Shown here one piece after another: positions 46,001 to 55,000 of a stretch of DNA of 64,000 nt. The notes under the pieces are model-generated. The model worked only from the letters and a program-made list of their open reading frames with translations. It searched no databases and was not told the origin of the DNA. The stretch is from IMG/VR virus record IMGVR_UViG_3300042892_000699. One strand, given 5' to 3'. Within the stretch, counting starts at the first letter, position 1, and every line of letters starts with the position of its first letter. A program made the translations under genes and the position numbers. Source of the DNA: a virus. Taxonomy: Duplodnaviria; Caudoviricetes.

Positions 46001-49000
46001 TCAAATGTCTGTCCTTTAACATGCTCTTCGGGAGCATACCCTAATTGAGCATTTAAGAAGCCGCTGCCATTGACTGTTAAGTCTGTAGGATTTACTCCTA
46101 GTGCTCCAACAAAGTTGCCAGCACTGTCCCAGGATCCTGCTGTAAGTTCTGTGTCAACTCCGTTAACATTAAAATTATCTTTCCAAAATTCTAATTTTGG
46201 ATATCCGTAAATATCAACATCAATATGATGACCACTTAGGCCTAGCCCACGAATAGTAAGAGCAAGTGTTCCGCTAGAAGTAGCAGTTGTTTCAACATAT
46301 TCAGCCAATGAACTTGTTTGCAACGGCAAAGTAGAATAATCTAAGTAAACAGATGATGTTGAAACATCTTGAATAGAAATTAAAGTATCATAATAAACTG
46401 TTGTAGTGTTTATGATATCATCAGCAAAAGAATATATCTTATAAGTTGATGTAACTTCGTAGTCTCTTAACATTGATGGAATACGAACTGTTGTGCCTGC
46501 TGGAGCAGAACGCACAGTCGATGTCGACAACACACTAGACCAGTGTGTGCCCGTTCCGATTGCAGTAAATCTATCTGTACCAACTCCAGTTACTTGATAT
46601 CTACCGTCGAAGCCAGTAAGTGTTCCGCCTTCGCCTCCATTAATTCCCCAAATTTCTGCGTAGTCTCCTACTCTAATATCGCCGCCGAAATCTTCAACTG
46701 TGTAGAATACTAAAGTTCCTCTGGTAGTTAGGCTGTCAGACCAAACACGTTTAATTTGAAATTCATAATTACTAACTTCAATCGAGTTGGCGCCAGTGTT
46801 AACAGAAACAACTACAGTATCTGTCCTTAGATAATTTAAGGCAGTGTTCGTTAAGATAATTTTCTGCCCTGGAGAAATTCCTTCAGTGGTACTTAATACT
46901 AGTGTACCTGTATTGTAAAGCGCATCTGCTACTAATTTTGCAGAAGCATAGTAATCAGTTAAGTCAGACCATGCAGAATTGTTGTCGTATGCTCCGTGGC
47001 CCCAAGGTGGAGAATAATCAAATCTTAAACCTTGCAGTTGAGTCTCACCAAATTCTGCACCAGACATTAATAGAGGCAATTCTAGTCCAGGCATGCTGTC
47101 TGTAGGTTCGTAATAATTATGAATTCTATCAACTGCTGTATAAAGGTTGATATTTTTATTATATGTAATTTTAAATATCTGTCCTTCACCAGGAACATAG
47201 TTTAAAAATACAAACCTAGAATATTTCTTAGTGTAATTATTATATGTTTCTGTATAATATTCAATAGTATAGTCAGTAGCAAGCACCAACTTACCATCTA
47301 CTAATGGAGTAATATTAGACTTGTTAGGTTCAGCTAACCAGCTAAGTACAAACTTATTTGCATCTCCTGAACAGACGAACGTTTCAGTTACTGTAGTATC
47401 ACCTAATTCGTAGCCTGTACCAACTCTGTCAAATTTAATACCAACAGTGTTTTTTCTAATTGTGTCATTACCCATTACAACTGATACAGTTGCAGTTGAT
47501 GTCACGTACTGGCCGCCGCCAGTAATTGTAACTAGAGGAGGAGTAACATATCCAGAACCAGGATGAGTAACTAGAACTTTATATAGTTCACCGTTTCTAA
47601 TATAGGCTTCTGCTTTAGCGCCGGCGCCGCTATCTCCTAGAGCAGTAGTAATTTGGACGTTAGGTCGTTGAGTGTACCCTGCACCTTTATTTCCAACTTC
47701 AATAGATTTAACATAATATTTGTAGTTGTCATTCCAAGACTTTCTAGGATACTCATCTAGCAATGTATTACCTAACTGCACAACTTCAAACTTTCCAGTA
47801 GAAGAGTTATAATAAGAAGGCAAATCAAAATCTGTCAAATATACAGATCCTTGGTCAACGTTATTATTATAGATAGATGTGTAAGATCTAATCTTTGTTC
47901 TATAAGGTTTTACTTCTTTAATATAATCTTCAAAGTATTGTTCATTTTCCAATTGATAAACAGATCTTTGATCTAAACTGCCTATGTTGTTTTTGACATT
48001 AATGAAAGAAGTTTTAAATGCCCAATCGAGCAACTTCTGTTCAGTTAGTGCATATTTGACTGCCTTAAAGAATAATAGATTCCAGTTGATTTTTAAATCT
48101 CTAACAAAGATATCGTCTTTAAGTGCTGTTAAAATATAGAATAGCTCTAGATCAGGAATTTGATCATACAGAGTTTCCTCTAATGTTGCAACATCATAGG
48201 CATAGTTACTGTCCGAGTAGTTCCAAATAGTGTCCAGAATTTGAACAGTTCCATTTTGTCTATAAATGATATCGTAAGACGTTGAAAAATCACCTATTTC
48301 AGTGTCGGTTAACTTTTCTAAAATAATGTAATTACCATCTCCGGCATTTTTAATTTTTACGTAATCACCAGGTACTGTGTCATTTAGTGTTGCTACTTCA
48401 TATGTATCATTAACAACATATTTGTAATCTTTAAATCCGTCATAAGTAGACTTTACCCAATCAGCATATTTCCAGTACAATGGAGTATTATATGTTTGAG
48501 TTTTAATTCTTAACCATGTTTTGTACAAATAGTCGTAGATATGTTTTGTCCAGCGATTTCCGTATTCAGTGTTAACCTGTACAATCACTGTATGTGGTCT
48601 GACTACTACTACAGGACTTTCTTCAACGTAATTTGATCCAGGTGCAGTAACAACAGCATTAATTACTCGACCATTTACATCAATTTCTGTTTCAATAACT
48701 GCACCGATACCTGTTGTAGCGTTAACATTAACTTTTGGAGGTAATGCATATCCGAAGCCAGGATCTGTAACTACTGCACTAATTACTTTGCCGTTCAAAG
48801 TGAAACATTCAATGTATGCTTGTTTAAAAGTTGATGTATCGACCTCAGTTAACTCTTCTAGATCTTCAACAATTAAATCATACTCCCTATCTAATGCATC
48901 TGGAATTTCTTCCTTACGTTCTAAATTAGAAAAAGAATAATTACCTGTAATTCTACTGTCAATTAATACAGAATTAGCAAACTCAACAATATTTCTTAAT

Positions 49001-52000
49001 GCTTGCAGTCTGTCTTTGAACAGAGTCTGTTGAGGTCTAATTCCAATTCCGTATTTGTTTCTATATGACAAATTGATGTCGGGTACTAGATTTCCTAATG
49101 CATCACGACCCAATAGACTGTCAAATAGTTTTTTATTCAACATTGTATTTGGCATACTTGATGCTGAACCTTCTTCTAACAACAACCATTCTGTATGTCT
49201 AGGGATAGAATTTTTTATTTCATCTGTAGAAATATTTGCATTAATATAATTTCCTATTAGCATAGGTTGAATATTTGCAAAAGCAACCGAGTCAGAAGAT
49301 AAAATTTCAGCAAATTTCAAACCATTCGATACTGGATCCGCAATCAAACTCGAAACTTGATATGCACTGATTCTTCTATTTTTAGCATCAGGAATTAATA
49401 CTTTATTCTTAACCCAGAAGAAAAAGACATTTTCAAATGAATTTGTTACAGTGTTCCAAACTTGCTTAACAGAAACAATACTGTTATCAGGATACTTAGG
49501 CTGACCACTGATACCATTAGTTAATCCTTCCGAAGTATCTGCTTGTGATGCCCATTCGGTAGGTAGTAAATTAGATTTGACCCATTCATAAACATCAATA
49601 GTTGCACCCGGGAATAGTTTACCCCAGTTATTTTTTCTAAAGATGTCATCGCCCTGTTCGTACCATACATACTTAGCGGTACTTAGATCCCACCACAATT
49701 CGCCAACGTGTTCGTCAATCCAGTTAGTTTCAGAATCGTTGATTGTACCAATAGTACCTATAGAATATGTTGCAGGATCGGAAGCAGACTTATATTTTAA
49801 CTCTTGTTCGGCAATTCCTGCAATTTTTCCTTTTAAAGGATCAATTACATCTAAGTATTCAATTACTTCTTCATTTACAGAATCAATTAAAACAATTCTC
49901 TTTACAGTATCAATTTCAACTAGGTCTGGTTGCTCTCTCAGTAACGACCAGCTATTTTTTGTGTTGTCAATCTTATTGAACTGAAAGAATGTAGAGCCGT
50001 CTGCTTCAGATGCAGAAACATACCACGGGGCTCCTACATAAACTGCATCATTTGTTGCAACAACAGATGTTCCATAACGACTACCTTCAATAAAGTCAGC
50101 ATCGTTTAATTCTTCAGCCTGAATAAAATAATCACCCAGGTTGTTATAAACATAGACTGCACCAGCATCTGAAATAGGAGATATAAAACGTGTAGTTCCC
50201 TGGTCAAATGTAGTTTCACCAAATCGAGTTCCTTCATCAAATCCGTAAATCTTAGATCTATTTTTTCCTAAAGAACTAACTGTTAATACTGTTTCGTTCT
50301 TGCTCAATGAAATAGCCTGACCAAATTTAAGATCGTTAGTAAGAACAGGATTGTCAATAACTTGACGAAGTATATATGTACCTGTAGATGTTAAGTTAGT
50401 AGCCGTGTAAACTGCAACTTTACCAAAACCTTCACCGATCAGTTTTGTATTAACTGACGAGATGAACATAAATTTGCCAGAAGCAGATACGTATACATCG
50501 TCGCCAAATATATCAGTTGTTCCAAACGGTGAAACAATAGTTTGCTTCCAGTTTAAACTATTGTCAAAAATTTGAACAATACCCGAAGTGGAAGATGTAG
50601 TGTAGCCAGGAGCACTGATAGCAATAAATTTGCCAGCATAATCTCCTGCAATCTTATGTCCCCATTGCATTTGAGAATTTTGTGTAATTCCTTCAGGTCT
50701 TAAAGATATGCCATCTTCTAAGTTAGAAGATAAGTGTTGTGTAATGCTAACAAGATTTGTTGCAGAAGTAGTTGTACTTAGGTAATAGGCATATACATGA
50801 CCAGTTCCTGTATTGTTCACGCCATCCCCTGGAGCACTAACAAGAAGTGTTGAAGAACTAGTAGAAACAACTTGATTTAAGTATATAGAATGACCAAATC
50901 TAGCATAGCTAGAAGTTGAATAAGTTACTGTGTCGTTGTAGTTAGGTCTTACTAAAACTTTCTGTGTTATTTCTTCATTAACTAAAGGTCTCTTTGAACT
51001 AATCTTTACAAGACCTTCAGAAACAAAAGACTTTGCATATCCACTGCCTGTGCTGAATAATATAGCACTTGTACCAGTAGAACGTACATTTGTTGCTTCA
51101 GGAGCTCCTGTAAAAATTAATTCTTTACTGTTGTCATAATTTAAAGAATAACCAAATCCAGTAGATAAAGATACGTCACAGTATATTTTATCGTTACTGT
51201 TCATTATATATTCAAACTGCTTGTCTAATGTTAGTCTGTTCTTTTCTAATACCGAAACTCGGCCAGTACTGTCGTAACTAGGAAAATCCCATGTAGGAGC
51301 AGAAACGATAACCAACGGAATATCATCCGAAGCATAGATTGAGAAACCTAACTGCTGTGCAATAGGAGATGCAGATGAATTAATTCCTATACCTGTATCA
51401 TAATTTTTTATCTTTTGATAGACTGCCCACTTGTCAGGTGCATTGTCAATCCATATTTTTTCACCTGTTTTAAGTTTACGTAGGTCAGGAACATTTTTTA
51501 ATTCTTCAAAATTCTGATAACGAACATCATCAAATTTAAACAATGCGCCGAACGCTAATAAGTCATCATTAACAATAGTTGTTAAACCAGATGCAACAGT
51601 AAATTGATTTAGTTCTGGAATTTCAGTAACAATGTAGACACCATTCACTTGATCATTAAATTTAACAACTGAAACAATATCACCCACTGCAAGACTGTGA
51701 TGTATGTCAGTAGTAAAGGTAATAGCGGTTGCTGGCGCACTTACATACACTCCAGAAACTTTTGCAGTTTGTCTAGAATATCTATAAACATCCCAGTCAC
51801 CATTCTCTAAGAACCCCATCCAAATAGTGTCGCCTTCTTGAATAGAAGAATTGTTTGCAATGTCTAATAAACTATTTTTATTATATGCTGTAGATGTAAC
51901 GTCATCTAATCTAACATATCCAACAGTGGTTAAATCAATATTTGTATCTTCATAGCCTGTGCTATTGTATACTTTAAATGTCTGTGCAGGATTGTATCCC

Positions 52001-55000
52001 GATGGAGAAATTAATAAATTTGTAGAAGATGTATAGTTAATTAAATTGCTGGCATTTGAAGGCATCTCAGAAATAAATTTAACAACATAAGGATTTTCAA
52101 TTGCTGTACCTTCTTCTAGTTTAAATTCAATTTCTTTATATGTTTCAAATCCGCCAAAATGTCCTACTCTAAAAGCCCAATCTTCATTAAAAGAAACGTC
52201 ACCTTTACGTGCAAAGGTTCCTGCTTTTACAATTTTATCAATTGCATTTCGAGTACCTTTTTCACGAATAAATCCTTGATAGAACTTATACTGTGCTGTA
52301 GCATTAGTAAAAATATTATTTAGATATGTACGAGGAGTATAACCAATTAAATGCTGTGCTAACTGTTGCTGTCCATAATCAAAGTTATCAATATCTAGGC
52401 TATAGAAATCTTCAAACTGATTAATCTTATAATCAAAGTTAGGTAACAGATCGGGTGTAGGTTTGTTAGATAGTTTAACCCATTTATTGAAATCAAAAGT
52501 TTCATCTCCGTTTACACGCACTGAAGATTCGTAATAGGCACCGTTGTATCTAACAACTTTTCCAGGAAGATAGATGCCAAATGATTTCCAGTCTGAGATT
52601 TCAACAGCATCGTAAATGAACCCGGGACTGAATAAATCACCATTCCAGTTTGCAGTTCTAAAACCGGTAATCTTAACTCTACGTTGACGATATCCAGATT
52701 CAATGTCATAGATAGTATCGTTGAAGATAGTAGTGTTATTAAACACAATTGCATGTTCTTTCTGAACAGAATTTAGTGTTGCAAAGAAAATACCTTCTTC
52801 TGTATTAAGTGTATTAATTGTACAAACACCATCTTGCCTACTAAGATTAAAATTACTAATAGGAAAAGATTTCCCATCTGCTTTTAACAAACTGTACTCG
52901 TAATTTCCTGAGGCAATATTATCTACAATAGAGTCTACAAATTTATATCTTAATGTGTTAGCAAAAGGACTTAGAGTAATTAAATTTCCATCGGCCCAGT
53001 TTTGTGTGGTCCAAAATAAGAATTCTTTTCCTGTAAATTGCCAGTCTAAAATTTCTTTTAGATCAGTACTGTATTGATCAAATAAGAATCCTTGTTTTTC
53101 TAAGTATGCTCCGTAACCTACAATTAAGTCATATACTTCTTGAATAGTGTTATACTCAGTCCCATAAGGAACTTCAGTTACTGCTGTTTCAAATTTTGTT
53201 GCCTGTTGTGCTGTTGCGCCCCCGGTCATAGGCAACGAAGACATCTGTTGAAAATAAGTTTCATCAAATGTACTGGTAGCAACATGTCCTATTTTAACTC
53301 GATAAAAACGACTATTGTATCGAACAATTTGTCCTTGCTTATAATATCGAGATGTGTTAGTTTCAACTGATGTAAGATCTGTTTCGCTTATTCCTGTGGT
53401 TCCATTATTAGTAACAGAAGTCCATTCTGTAAACGGAGAAGACACTCCGCCTACTGTAACTGCTCCCGAAGTTGCAGTCTTAATGGGTTTTAAAATTTCA
53501 AAATACGGATTACTTCTGTCATAGCCCTTGACAACAAATTTGCCATTTGACTTTTGAACAATGATTCCCGAGATATTAGCAGACTTAACAGGATTACTAA
53601 TATTTAAAATAAATGCACAGTCTTCAGGGGGTAAAACTGCACCCTGGCTTGTTGACACAGGGTCAATACTGTCAATGATAATTTGCAATTTTTCTTTGCT
53701 TGCAAATCCGCCTAATTTGTGAAATAGGTTGAAATCTAAGTAAGAAAGATCTTGCTGAAACTTAGCTACATATCCTAAATCAGTTTGTTTTCCTTTTTCA
53801 ATTATTAACGAACCAACTCCAGAAATTTGATAATCACCTTCAACTAATAATTTTTTAGGATTTAAGTATAAGTCGCCCGCATAGACTAATTGATTAGATT
53901 GATTAAATGTTGTTCTGCTGACATCATACATAGACGATGTATAGTTACAAGGTTCTAACAATGCCGCCATTGCATTAACTGCAAACGGCCAATAACTACT
54001 GCGATGCCAGGCGGTTTCTGCAGGATTGCGGTCGCCAAATGCCCATGTAAATTTTTTATCAGAGTAAGCATTCTCTGAAACTAAAAACTGATCAGGTGCT
54101 TTTAAATTACCACTGGTATCAACAGGGATGATTGTTAATAACTGCGAACGAGCATACTCTGTTTTGTATGTACCAGTTCCTCTTACATAACCATTCTTCA
54201 AATCGGTCCACATGAGTGTATTTGAAGAAGTATACGGCGCAGGCCCATACTCAATTGCCCACCAAGTAGGTTTAGTTGTAAATCCTAACATTTCCCATGG
54301 GTGGCTATGAGGGCGGTCTGTGTCATAGAAATATTGATATATTCCTCTCCAATATCCAGGAACAGTGTTAAAAAAGACAGAGTCTATGCTACCTTTATAA
54401 TTCCAGGTAAACGAATTGTTTTCATCAAATGTAGAATTTGCAGAAACATCGACATTATACATTCCTGCCCAACGCATATAATCTTTTCTTAAAATTCTAT
54501 TTGCATCATCTAACGTATACTTAGAATTTCTAAATGCACCGGGTATTGTAGATTTTACATCAAATATTTCAGTATTATAGATTACTTTAATGTTATTATA
54601 AACACGCTTTTCAAATTCAAGAATAATTTCATCTCGATAATCGCCATACGCCTGCATTACACTGCCGTCGTGACCCCTAATCATAGAAACATTGCCGCTA
54701 GTATAAGAAGTATCTATATATAATTCAGGTTCATATTTTGGATACAGTCCTAGCTTAGACGGTGTTGGTGGTACAAAACAACCCAGTGTATCGAGATAAG
54801 TTACAATCTTAATCACATCGTCTTTAACTAAAGAAGAAATTACAGTAACGGTACCGTCGATACTATCTATCTCGTAATCTTTTCCATAGATTAATTGTAC
54901 ATCGTTTAGATATATTAAAATAGATTTAAAACTTAGTATTGTTGGATCAAATTCTATCCCTAATGGATACACATAACTTGGAATAATTCCTACTGTATAT